DNA from: Candidatus Krumholzibacteriia bacterium
Lineage (GTDB): Bacteria; Krumholzibacteriota; Krumholzibacteriia; JAJRXK01
Length of the DNA stretch: 42,500 nucleotides
NCBI GenBank assembly: GCA_041484665.1
Contig: JBGPIA010000028.1
Coordinates: 1-42,500 of the forward strand
Direction of reading: 5' to 3'
Below, in pieces: positions 8,721 to 21,717 of this stretch (position 1 is the first letter of the stretch; each line of letters starts with the position of its first letter). Made by a program: the position numbers and the translations under genes. The notes below the pieces were generated by a model, which saw only the letters and a list, made by a program, of their open reading frames with translations, was not told where the DNA came from and searched no databases.

Positions 8721-9480
8721 GGATACTGGTTTCTATCGGCACACCATCGACGAACCACCTCTCTGAGCGCGGTGCCTTGAGCCCGGCGCGCACTTTCGGG
8801 CCGACCCGCGCTCCCCGGCCGCGCTCCCGGCGCCTCGGCGCACCGCCACCGATCTCGCCGTAGCCAGCCCCCCGCTGCGCCTGACGCCCTGGGCATGCGC
8901 GCGGGGCCCCGGTCCCACCCAACCCGCGCACGCCGGCGGTGCCCTCGTCGAGACGAGCGCCGGGAGGCGGTTGCGTCGACCCTCATGACGGCCGCGACCG
9001 CCAACTCGATCACGGAGCTGCGCGATCTCCAGTGGGATCGGGGGTGTCACGTGGGCCGTGACGTCACGAACCGGTCACGCCGCTGGCGGGGCCCGCCCCT
9101 CGGCCGGCTCCTCGAACGGATTCCTGCTGCCCGCCTCTGCCAGGTGGCGCAGGATCCGATTCCCGACGCCCTCGTCCTGGATCACCGAGACGATCCGCAT
9201 CTCCACCGTGGACGGAGAAGCCCGAGTGCACCCAGCTCAGCAGGTTCTGGTGGAACTCCTCCGACAAACGCTGCTCCCGCCGCAGCGCGGCCAGCACCAA
9301 CCGGCGGAAGAGCTCGGTCAGCGCGGCGGCGTCCCAGTGACCCATGCGCTCGAAGTGGCCGTCGGGCGCGAAGGCGCCGTCGGTGACGATGGCGTGTACG
9401 TGCGGATGGAAGTTGGCGGCGTAGCTGCCGAGGGTCTGCAAGGCGGCCACCGTCCCCACCGACAGCGCCACGGCGGGGCC
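8721..9480 (-). mobile_element. IS91-family (HUH/Y2) transposase remnant 1 with downstream oriIS-like end
   Basis: QTLGSYAANFHPHVHAIVTDGAF and WVHSGFSVH joined by a deletion to EMRIVSVIQDEG..RILRHL..RAPPAA* (stop 9075). End motif GATAGAAACCAGTATCC at 8721-8737. Confidence 0.8.
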
Positions 9481-9617
9481 GGGCGGACGGCGGAGCTCTC
9501 GGGCCTTGCGGCTCCCCGGGGCGGCGCATAGGCTCCCGACAGCGCGTGCCCTGACAGCGGACGATGAGCAGCGTTCTCTCCAGGACCCGATCGAGGCCGA
9601 TCTGAAGGAGTCCAGGC

Positions 9618-10700
9618 ATGGGGTTCGACCCACGGGAGCCCTTCGACGAGCTACCGGCGCTCCCTCCGCGGGTGGACGTCGAGACCAAGCGCGTGCTGAA
9701 GCGCACCGTAACGGCAACCCGCGCAGTGGCCGAGTTGAAGGGGGCGGGCGGGCTGATCCCGAACCAGGCTATCCTGATCAACGCCATTCCGCTGCAAGAG
9801 GCCAAGCTCAGCTCGGAGATCGAGAACGTCGTCACCACCCAGGACGAGCTGTTCCGGGCGGCCCTCAACGAGGACGCCCCTGCGGACTCCGCGACCAAGG
9901 AGGTGCTGCGCTACCGGAAGGCGCTGCGCCAGGGGTACGAGGCGCTGCAACATCGCCCTCTGAGCCTCGACTTGGTGCGCGAGGTGTGCTCCACCATCCG
10001 CGGCGAGCCGATGCGCTTCCGAACCGCCAAGGAGCAGGTCTTCATCGGCACCCCGTCCGGCAGCCGCGTGACCTATACGCCGCCGCGTGGCGGTCCGGCG
10101 CTGACCGCCAAGCTGCGCAATCTGGAGGCGTACCTGTTGGCCGCGGACGGCCCCGATCCGCTGGTCCGGATGGCGGTAGCGCACTACCAGTTCGAGGCCA
10201 TCCACCCGTTCACCGACGGCAATGGGCGCACCGGGCGCATCCTCAACATCCTGTACCTGCTGGACGCGGGCTTGCTCGAGATCCCGGTGTTGTACTTGAG
10301 CCGGTTCATCATCCAGCACAAGGCTGACTATTACCGGCTGCTGAGAGCCGTGACCGAGAAGGGCGACTGGGAAGCCTGGCTGCTGTTCATCCTGCAAGGG
10401 CTCGAGGAGACGGCGGAATGGACCACCGACCGCATCCGCGCCATCCGCGACCTGCTGGAAGCGACCGCCGAAACCTGCCGCCACGAGCTGCCCGCCATCT
10501 ATTCCCGGGAACTGGTCGAGCTGATCTTCCGGCTGCCCTACTGCAAGATCGCGTTCGTCGTGGACGCCGGGATCGCCCAGCGCAAGACCGCCTCCGAGTA
10601 CCTGCAGGAGCTGGAGCGGGTGGGCATCCTGGCCAGCGAGAAGCGTGGGCGGGAGGTCATCTATCGCCACCCGGCCCTGTTGAAGATCCTGGCGGCCTAG
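9618..10700 (+). CDS. fic: Class II Fic protein adenylyltransferase (SoFic-like, C-terminal wHTH)
   Basis: Canonical HPFTDGNGRTGR, N-terminal inhibitory motif SSEIEN, and an AAGGAG RBS. Confidence 0.92.
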   Translation: MGFDPREPFDELPALPPRVDVETKRVLKRTVTATRAVAELKGAGGLIPNQAILINAIPLQEAKLSSEIENVVTTQDELFRAALNEDAPADSATKEVLRYRKALRQGYEALQHRPLSLDLVREVCSTIRGEPMRFRTAKEQVFIGTPSGSRVTYTPPRGGPALTAKLRNLEAYLLAADGPDPLVRMAVAHYQFEAIHPFTDGNGRTGRILNILYLLDAGLLEIPVLYLSRFIIQHKADYYRLLRAVTEKGDWEAWLLFILQGLEETAEWTTDRIRAIRDLLEATAETCRHELPAIYSRELVELIFRLPYCKIAFVVDAGIAQRKTASEYLQELERVGILASEKRGREVIYRHPALLKILAA

Positions 10701-10710
10701 GGCGCCTTCG

Positions 10711-10761
10711 GGACATGTCCATTTTCTTTGGATTCTTGGACACGTTCCGGGGACGTGTCCA
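10711..10761. repeat. Three GGAC(A/G)YGTYC palindromic boxes / hairpin after fic
   Basis: GGACATGTCC 10711-10720, GGACACGTTC 10738-10747 and GGACGTGTCC 10751-10760; 10737-10761 forms a stem-loop. Confidence 0.6.
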
Positions 10762-10803
10762 CGGCGTGCCCGGGATCGCTGAAGGCGGGGCCCTGCGGTG
10801 AGC

Positions 10804-11460
10804 GGAAGTGGTTTCTATCGACACACCATCGACGAACCACCTCTCTGAGCGCTGTGCTTTGAGCTCGGCGCGCACTTCCCGGCCGACCCGCGCTCCTCGG
10901 CTACGCTTCCGGCGCCTTGGCGCACCGTCACTGACCTCGTCATAGCCAGCCCCCCCGCAGGGGTGGCGGCGGTGCGCGCCGCCGCGGGGCGAGCTTCCGC
11001 GTGGGAGAACGGCGTGCCCAACATCGAAGAAGCGGCCGCCGGAGCTGTGGCCAGGGCCAGCCTTTGCGGTTGGGGGCGCGCGCTCGGGGGAGGGTGCCCC
11101 GTCGCGACGCGCCAGCTCGGCGCCGAGCGGATAGAACTGCTCATCCACTGAGTGCGGCATGTTACCGCCACTGGGCGCGCCAGCGCCCGTGTCATGGGCA
11201 CACCCCGGCACCCGCGTCCCCATGGGGATCGCCGGGAGGCCTGGTCTGGAGTCTGGGTCATGCCGCCGGGGGCGCGCGAGAGGCTTGCGACTCGAGCAGC
11301 TCGACCCCCCGTGCGCGCGAGGTGTCTGTGGATGCGGTCGACGACATCGAGGTTGGAGATGACGGCGACCATCTTCAGCTCGACACGGCAGCGGGGGCAG
11401 AGCAAGGGGGTCGACCTCGTAGATGCGGCGCAACAGCCTGCCCCAGCTGCGGCGGCGGGC
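10804..11460 (-). mobile_element. IS91-family remnant 2 (C-terminal tnp fragment plus two opposed oriIS-like ends)
   Basis: LLRRIYEVDPLLCPRCRVELKMVAVISNLDVVDRIHRHL. 10804-10960 is homologous to 8721-8880. End motifs at 10804-10819 (-) and 11130-11146 (+). Confidence 0.7.
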
Positions 11461-11657
11461 GCGGGCAGCGGGGGTGTCGGTTGCGTCAGTGCTTCTGAAA
11501 TAGAGGCACGAATCTGGCCCGGCATGGGCGGAAGGTTTCCAGGGGGCGTTGACTGGCAGTCTGGTGCCGGCCCCCTGCCGGTGATAGGATCATGCGGATT
11601 CCCGACACGCCATCGGGCTGGCCACGACGCGCACAACCCATCCACCGAGGTGCCACC

Positions 11658-12488
11658 ATGCGCAATCGAACGCAGTTCCTGTTCTTCCTCCCGCTCGTCT
11701 TCACGCTGCTGGCCATGCCATTCTCGGCCTTGGCGGCGGGGGATATAGTCATTCAGGCTGTGGGCTCTGTGCAGGGCCTCATCCAAGGCGAGGCAGTCGT
11801 GCCCGGCCACCTAAACTGGATTGACGTTTTCAGTTTCTCACATGGGGTCTCGACTCCCATCGGACCCAACGGCCTACCGACCGGTCCGCCGCAGACTTCT
11901 CTGCTGAGTATCATGGGGCGGTTCGACCGCTCCACGGTGAAGCTGTTCACGGCACATTCGACGCAGGAGACATTCTCGAACTTCAGGATGGAATGGGTCC
12001 AAGCAGGGACAGCGCAGACCCTCATCCGATACGAATTGGTCAACGCGCGCCTCATCGACGCTCAAGAATCTGGAAGCGCCGGTGGCGATGTAACTCCGAC
12101 CGTGAGCATGAGCTTTTCCTACTCGAGGATCAATATCACCGATGTGGTCCTGGGCACCACGGTGAGTTACGACTGGAACTCCGTTGCAACCGCGACGCCG
12201 GAGCCGTTGGCAAAGGGGATCTTGCTCCCCCCGGCTCCCAATCCGACGCGTGGCGAGACCGAGTTCCGCTTCTCGCTGCCCACCGGGAGCAACGCCGAGC
12301 TGACGCTCTTCGATCTGCGCGGTCGCGTGGTGCGCGAGCTGCATCGCGGTTGGACCTCGGCCGAGCCCGTGGTCGCCGTCTGGGATGGCACCGATGACCA
12401 AGGTATCAAGGTCGCACAGGGTCTCTACGTGGCGCGACTGACCTATCCGGGCACGGTGGTCACGCAGCGCATCGCTCTCGTGCGCTAA
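11658..12488 (+). CDS. Secreted Hcp (T6SS tube)-like domain protein with C-terminal FlgD-Ig domain
   Basis: GAGGT RBS and a Sec signal peptide. Hcp signature IQGEA..PGHLNWIDVFSFSHGV..FDRSTVKLF..YELVNARL..VSMSFSYSRI, then PNP..FDLRGRVVR..WDGTD..QRIALVR. Confidence 0.85.
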   Translation: MRNRTQFLFFLPLVFTLLAMPFSALAAGDIVIQAVGSVQGLIQGEAVVPGHLNWIDVFSFSHGVSTPIGPNGLPTGPPQTSLLSIMGRFDRSTVKLFTAHSTQETFSNFRMEWVQAGTAQTLIRYELVNARLIDAQESGSAGGDVTPTVSMSFSYSRINITDVVLGTTVSYDWNSVATATPEPLAKGILLPPAPNPTRGETEFRFSLPTGSNAELTLFDLRGRVVRELHRGWTSAEPVVAVWDGTDDQGIKVAQGLYVARLTYPGTVVTQRIALVR

Positions 12489-12502
12489 GTCTACGCACGG
12501 CG

Positions 12503-12527
12503 CCGGGCCCCCAAGGCAGGGGCCCGG
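12503..12527 (+). terminator. GC-rich hairpin after the Hcp-like gene
   Basis: CCGGGCCCC-caaggca-GGGGCCCGG; weak U-tract. Confidence 0.5.
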
Positions 12528-12542
12528 TCCGCAATTCACTCT

Positions 12543-13155
12543 GTATCTACGGTTTTTCCAGCGCTGCCGACTGCTCGAGCACCTGCACACTGACCTCGTC
12601 GTGGCCAGCCCCCCCGCTGCGCCTGACGCCGTGGGCATGCGCGCGGGGCCGCCTGTCTCACCCAACTCACGCACGCCGGCGGTGCCCTCGTCTCGACGAG
12701 CGCCGGGAGGCGGTTGCGTCGACCCTCATGACCGCCGCGACCGCCAATCGCGACCGCCCACTCGATCACGGAGCTGCGCGATCTCTAGCGGGACCGGGGG
12801 GTGTCACGTGGGCCGTGACGTCACGAACCGGTCACGCCGCCGGCGGGGCCCGCCCCTCGGCCGGCTCCTCGAACGGATCCCTGCCGCCTGTCATTGCCAG
12901 GTGGCGCAGGATGCCGTCCACCACGCCCTCGTCCTGGATCACCGCCACGATCCGCATCTCCACCCACACCGCGGACATAGCAGCGGGTCCGCCTCGTAGA
13001 TCCGCCGCAGCAGCCGCGCCCAGCTGCACCGGCGCGCGCGCTGCTCGGCGCTCTGCGCTGGCGTGGTGTTCCGGGGAGCCGCTGCCGCCGGTGGTGCGGC
13101 AGCACGGCTCGCCTCGCTGCGCCGCCGCGCCCCCCGACTGCGGTTGGCGTACCAG
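12543..13155 (-). mobile_element. IS91-family remnant 3, 3' part (interrupted at RYYG by the recombinase element)
   Basis: GWYANRSRG..WARLLRRIYEADPLLCPRCG..EMRIVAVIQDEGVVDGILRHL..RAPPAA*. The downstream non-coding region is near-identical to 8860-9075. Confidence 0.85.
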
Positions 13156-13156
13156 C

Positions 13157-13459
13157 CGTAGTACCCACAGGACTGCAACCTCGAGCGGGGTCGCGGGCGG
13201 CACGGTCGTCATCACGCATCCTTGCCATCCGTACGCCGGCCGGGAGGTCTGTGTTGTCCGCGCCGATCGCCGCCGCGGAGATCTCCTGAGCCTGGTGGTC
13301 CGGCTGCCCGATGGAAGCACCCAGTGCATGCCCGTGGCCTGGACGGATCGGGCCGCGCCCGATTCTCACGTGATCGGCGCTTCACCACGAGCGCAGCTCT
13401 CGGGTCTTGCCCTGCTCGAGGTCCTGGACTGGCTCGACGGGTTGCATAGCGGGTCTTGA
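13157..13459 (+). CDS. DUF5372 (Y4bD/Y4pK)-like protein, 3' part; 5' part lies at 15920-15982
   Basis: VVITHPCHPYAGREV..VVRLPDGSTQCMPVAWTD. No start codon with an RBS inside the element's left end; in frame with the ATG at 15920 across the circle junction. Confidence 0.7.
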   Translation, partial: RSTHRTATSSGVAGGTVVITHPCHPYAGREVCVVRADRRRGDLLSLVVRLPDGSTQCMPVAWTDRAAPDSHVIGASPRAQLSGLALLEVLDWLDGLHSGS

Positions 13460-13513
13460 CGGGAGCGGACGGGATGGAGCACTCTGGGCATGTATTCACA
13501 GGGTCAGATCAAC

Positions 13514-13870
13514 ATGGCTCGAACACCGTCACGTCGAAGGCTGCCCAGCAAGCGCGCACGGGAGCGCCTGCTCGCCCAGCTGCCCGATCTGCGGCAGATC
13601 CTGCGCGGCTCGCTGGTCACGCGCTACCGCCGCTGCGGCCGCTCCAATTGCCACTGTGCCGCGCCGCAGGATCCTGGTCATGGGCCGGCCTACTACCTGA
13701 TGGTGACGACGGGCCCGGGCGAGACGGTGCAGATCTACGTCCCGGCCCGCATCAAGCCCGACGTCGAGGCCTGGCTCGAGAATTTCCAGCGCGTGCGCGA
13801 CACGCTGGAGCAGATCTCGTCGATCAACCGGGAGCTGCTGCGCCAGGGGCGGCTCTTCGAGGAGGACTGA
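13514..13870 (+). CDS. DUF6788-family protein (Cys/His zinc-binding motif)
   Basis: LRGSLVTRYRRCGRSNCHC...GHGPAYYL signature; alternative ATG at 13490. Confidence 0.8.
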   Translation: MARTPSRRRLPSKRARERLLAQLPDLRQILRGSLVTRYRRCGRSNCHCAAPQDPGHGPAYYLMVTTGPGETVQIYVPARIKPDVEAWLENFQRVRDTLEQISSINRELLRQGRLFEED

Positions 13871-13904
13871 GCTGCGCGCCACCGCGGGCAGGCCGACGGA
13901 CAGC

Positions 13905-14120
13905 GTGGCCCTACCGGCGCCCGGTTGGCAGCCGCAGCCGTGTCCGCCACGGACGGATCGCGCTGCAGGGCCGCTGCCGGAGCTGGACCGAACGAGGATC
14001 GAGGAGATCCTCTGCGCGATGCTGATCTCCTCGGTACAAGACGTTCAATCGGGTGTCGTGCGTGAGCCAAAGAGGAAGTATGGCCGTGGGAAAGATCGGC
14101 TGGCAGCACCTGAATCGTAA
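13905..14120 (+). CDS. Small hypothetical protein overlapping the recombinase start
   Basis: 71-aa ORF with amphipathic LPELDRTRIEEILCAMLISS filling the gap between DUF6788 and the recombinase. Confidence 0.35.
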   Translation: MALPAPGWQPQPCPPRTDRAAGPLPELDRTRIEEILCAMLISSVQDVQSGVVREPKRKYGRGKDRLAAPES

Positions 14121-15966
14121 GGCGTGCCTGTATGTGCGCCAGTCCTCGCTGGCCCAGGTTACGCACCACCGGGAGAGCACGGCCCGCCAGTACAACCTGC
14201 GCGAGCGGGCGGTCGCGCTGGGGTGGGCGGCCGAACAGGTCGAGGTGATCGACGAGGATCAGGGGCTCTCGGGCGCGAGCGCGGTGGGTCGCGAAGGCTT
14301 CCAGCGCTTGGTCTCCGATGTGGCGCTGGGCCAGGTGGGGGCGGTGCTGGGGCTGGAGGTCAGCCGGCTGGCCCGCTCGTGCGCGGATTGGTACCGGCTG
14401 CTGGAGGTAGCGGCCCTGGCCGGGACCTTGATCGTCGACGAGGAGGGCGTCTACGACCCCAATCACTACAACGACCGGCTGTTGCTGGGGCTCAAGGGGA
14501 CCCTCAGCGAGGCGGAGTTGCACTTTCTCAAGCAGCGCATGATCGGTGGCCGCCGCAACAAGGCGTTGCGCGGCGAGTATCGCATTCGTCTGCCGGTGGG
14601 CTACGTGTGGGAGAAGGAAGCCGGGATCCGGATGGATCCCGACGAGCGCGTGCGCGACACGGTCGCGCTCTTCTTCCGCTGCTTCGCACGGCTGGGCACG
14701 GCGGCGGCGGTGGCCCGCCACTTCGAGCAGCTGCGCCAGCCGTTTCCGCGCCGCGACGGCTGGGGGAGTCCCGACGTGGCCGTCAGCTGGGGGCCGTTGA
14801 GCTGGTCGCGAGCGGCGGAGATACTGCGCAGTCCGATCTACGCCGGAGTCTATGCCTACGCACGGAAGGCGTCGGCGGAGATGGATGCGGAGGATCCGTG
14901 TGCGGGGGGTCGGATCTTGATTCCCGGCGCGCACCCTGGCTATATCACAGTCGAGCAGTACGAGCGCAACCTGGCGCGTCTGGCGGGCAACCGGAATCTC
15001 TACGGCGGCATGCGGACCAAGGGAAGCCCACGCGAGGGACACAGCCTGCTGCAGGGCATCGTGCTGTGCGGGCGGTGCGGGCGCCGGATGAGTGTGATCT
15101 ACCGCCGCGACGTACGAATGTCGTCGCCCGATCACGCGCCGACTCTGCCAGCAGGTCCACGCGCGGCACGTCGAGCCTCTGGTGGAGGGGCAACTGCTGG
15201 GGACCCTCTCGCGCGAGCAGTTGGAGCTGGCGGTGGGAGCGCTGGAGCGGCTGGCCGAGCGGGGCCGGGAGATCGACCGCCAGTGGCACAAGCGTCTTGA
15301 AAAGCTCGCTACGAGGCGGAGCGGGCAGCGCGGCGCTACCACCAGGTGGAGCCGGAGAACCGGCTGGTCGCGCGCACGCTGGAGGCGGAGTGGAACGCGC
15401 GGCTGGAGGAGGTGGCGCAGCTGGAGAAGGAGTACGCACAGCTGCGGGAGCGTCCGCCCTTGGCGCTGACCGGCGAGCAGCGTAGCCGGATCGTTTCACT
15501 GGCGAGCGATCTGCCACGGCTGTGGCGGGCGCCAACGACACGCCACAGCCAGCGCAAGGAATTGGTGCGGCTGCTGGTCGAAGACGTCACGGTGCACAAC
15601 ACGGACATCCCGTGGGCGACCGCGGTGGCGATCCGTTGGCGGACGGGGTTGGTCGAACGCCATACGGTGGAGCGTGTCCTGCCGCACCCGCAGACCACAC
15701 CAAAGGCGGCGGTCGATCGGATCCGGGAGCTGTACCGGGTGCAGACGGATCGAGAGATCGCTCACCTCCTCAACGGCGAGGGCTACCGCACCGGATACGG
15801 GAAGCCCTTCACGGAGTCGAGTGTAGGCAGCATCCGGCTGCAGCGGGGGCTGCGGAAGACCGCGGCCGACAAGGCGCCGGGTGGGCCGTTGGACCGAAGC
15901 ACAAGTAGGGAGGAAGTCGATGAGTCGCGGGGAGCAGCCACGCCCCCACCCCGCTCGGACTCGTAG
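14080..15966 (+). pseudogene. Large serine recombinase (resolvase + recombinase + Zn ribbon + coiled coil) with two frameshifts
   Basis: GAGGA RBS, LYVRQSS catalytic Ser, DEDQGLSG, EVSRLARS and CGRCG. Frameshift near 15110 (resumes YECRR..LCQQVH) and near 15303 (one A missing in GAAAAG; resumes ARYEAERAARRY..EPENRLVARTLEAEWN). Confidence 0.85.
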
Positions 15967-15982
15967 TCCTGAGGGTACTATC
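15920..15982 (+). CDS. N-terminal 21 codons (MSRGEQPRPHPARTRSPEGTI) of the attP-split DUF5372-like gene
   Basis: GGGAGG RBS at 15908-15913 and ATG at 15920; in frame with 13157 on circularisation. Confidence 0.6.
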
Positions 15983-15989
15983 CGTAGTA

Positions 15990-16480
15990 GCGGACCATGT
16001 GCTGCCGCGGTGCGGGGATCTGCTGCACCAGCCGGTGGATCAGCTCCAGGGGGTCCAGTTGCAGGTCGCGTTGGCCCGTGCGCGGGTCGATGGGCGTCTG
16101 CACCACCACGGCCTGCGCGGTCTGCCGTACCGCATCCAGGCGCAGCGGCGCCCTCGTCAGATAGCGCGCGACGTGCTCCAGGCTCGCCGTATCGTCGGGC
16201 AACAGGGCGGGACCCACGTGCACCGAGAAGCCCGGGTGTACCTAGCCCAGCAGGTTCTGGTGGAACTCCTCCGACAACCGCTGCTCCCGCCGCAGCGCGG
16301 CCAGCACCAACCGGCGGAAGAGCTCGGTCAGGGCGGCAGCGTCCCAGTGACCCATCCGCTCGAAGTGGCCATCGGGTGCGAAGGCGCCGTCGGTGACGAT
16401 GGCGTGCACGTGAGGATGGAAGTTGGCGGCGTAGCTGCCAAAGGTCTGCAGGGCGGCCACCGTCCCCACCGACAGCGATG
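15990..16480 (-). mobile_element. IS91-family remnant 3, 5' part
   Basis: QTFGSYAANFHPHVHAIVTDGAF, in-frame stop at 16242, VARYLTRAPLRLD and LELIHRLVQQIPAPRQHMVRYYG. Confidence 0.85.
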
Positions 16481-16679
16481 GATCATCGACGCATGCCCGA
16501 GCCGCCCGCCGGAGCCTGTCAACGCGGATGAGACAGCTCATCCCCGACTCCCTGGTCACCCTCTACACTAAACCCCAGGGGGATCGATGTCTCATCCAGA
16601 TTGGCAGAGAGGGTTGAGCTGTCCCGTGCTGGTGATCCCTCGCTGCTGGAGGGGTTCCAAGACAGCCGCAAGCAGAGGG

Positions 16680-16883
16680 TCCTCTGGAAGGGCGCCCCCC
16701 AGCGGGCGCCGCCGGCGGCATGCGCGGCGCCCGTCCAAACGCTGCACTCAGCTAAGGCGGCTGCTCACAGCGTGGCGAGGGTCAGCGGGTGCTGTTACGG
16801 GCACGCGGTCCGGGGCAAGGCGCCCTGCTCGGAGCGGAAGTCATGGCGCAAGGTCGGGCCAGGGCGGATACAAACACCGATCC
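16680..16883 (+). mobile_element. Orphan IS91-like downstream/oriIS region (remnant 4)
   Basis: Homologous to the reverse complement of 22310-22430; ends in GATACAAACACCGATCC at 16867-16883. Confidence 0.55.
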
Positions 16884-17301
16884 ACACCGCCGCCGCTACA
16901 AAGACTCAGCCGTTCCTCCCAAATCTCCAAACTGCTCAGCGGATCACATCTTCAGAGCATCGCAGCCCACGGGAAAGGCGTAGGCTGCCTTGGCAGGCTC
17001 TCGCTGGAGCTGGGATGTGGTCCATCTGCCTCGTCCGCGATGTCGCCTCTTACCCACAGCTGCCGTTTGCGATTGCTACCTGTTCTCTCGCTGCGGAAGT
17101 CCACCGCCCGCCACAGCTAAGCTGGGTCTCCGGCGACTCCACGGTCCATTCCCGCGCACCGACAGTCCGCGACGATTGCACTGGCGAGGAGCCAGCGGTG
17201 GCATCCGATGACCGCAGTCAGCACCAACGCGCTGACCCATTGTACAAGTACGCCAGCGCTGTCCTGCCAACCGAGGTCCTCAACGCCAACTAGGAGTCAT
17301 C

Positions 17302-21321
<4,020 letters not shown>

Positions 21322-21379
21322 CCCCAGCCAGACTCGTCGATCGTGTCGATCGGACCGAGTGCCACCATGGGGAGGACTG

Positions 21380-21717
21380 AGTTCCGCATGTGCACACCAT
21401 CGTCACGGATGGCGGCTTCGCCCCTGACGGCCGCTTCGAGCGGATGGGGCACTGGGCAGCCGGCGCGCTGACCGAGCTCTTCCGCCGCCTGGTGCTTTCG
21501 GCGTTACGACGCGAGCAACGCCTGACGGCGGATACCCAGCAGGCGCTGTTGGCCTGGGTGCACTCCGGCTGCTCGGTCCACGTCGGACCACCGATCCTGC
21601 CGGACGACACGGGCAGTCTCGAGCACTTGGCCCGATACCTCACGCGGGCATCGCTGCACCTGGCCCGCCACGTGGGTTGGTGCACCAACCGCGGCCGGGC
21701 AGCGCGGGACGGCGGCC
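21380..21717 (+). mobile_element. IS91-family remnant 5
   Basis: HVHTIVTDGGFAPDGRFERMGHW..LFRRLVL..WVHSGCSVHVGPPILPDD..LARYLTRA. Confidence 0.75.

Larger units (their letters stand above)
13156..15989 (+). mobile_element. Large serine recombinase integrative element (DUF5372-like, DUF6788, small ORF, recombinase); 2,826-bp unit
   Basis: 8-bp direct repeat CCGTAGTA at 13156-13163 and 15982-15989. 20-bp imperfect IRs at 13159-13178 and 15961-15980 match 17/20. Removing the unit restores HMVRYYGWYANR of the IS91 transposase. Confidence 0.9.

Noticed and set aside
16890..17290. Possible gene or ncRNA upstream of the CRTAC1-like gene
   Set aside because: No convincing ORF, motif or structure recognised.
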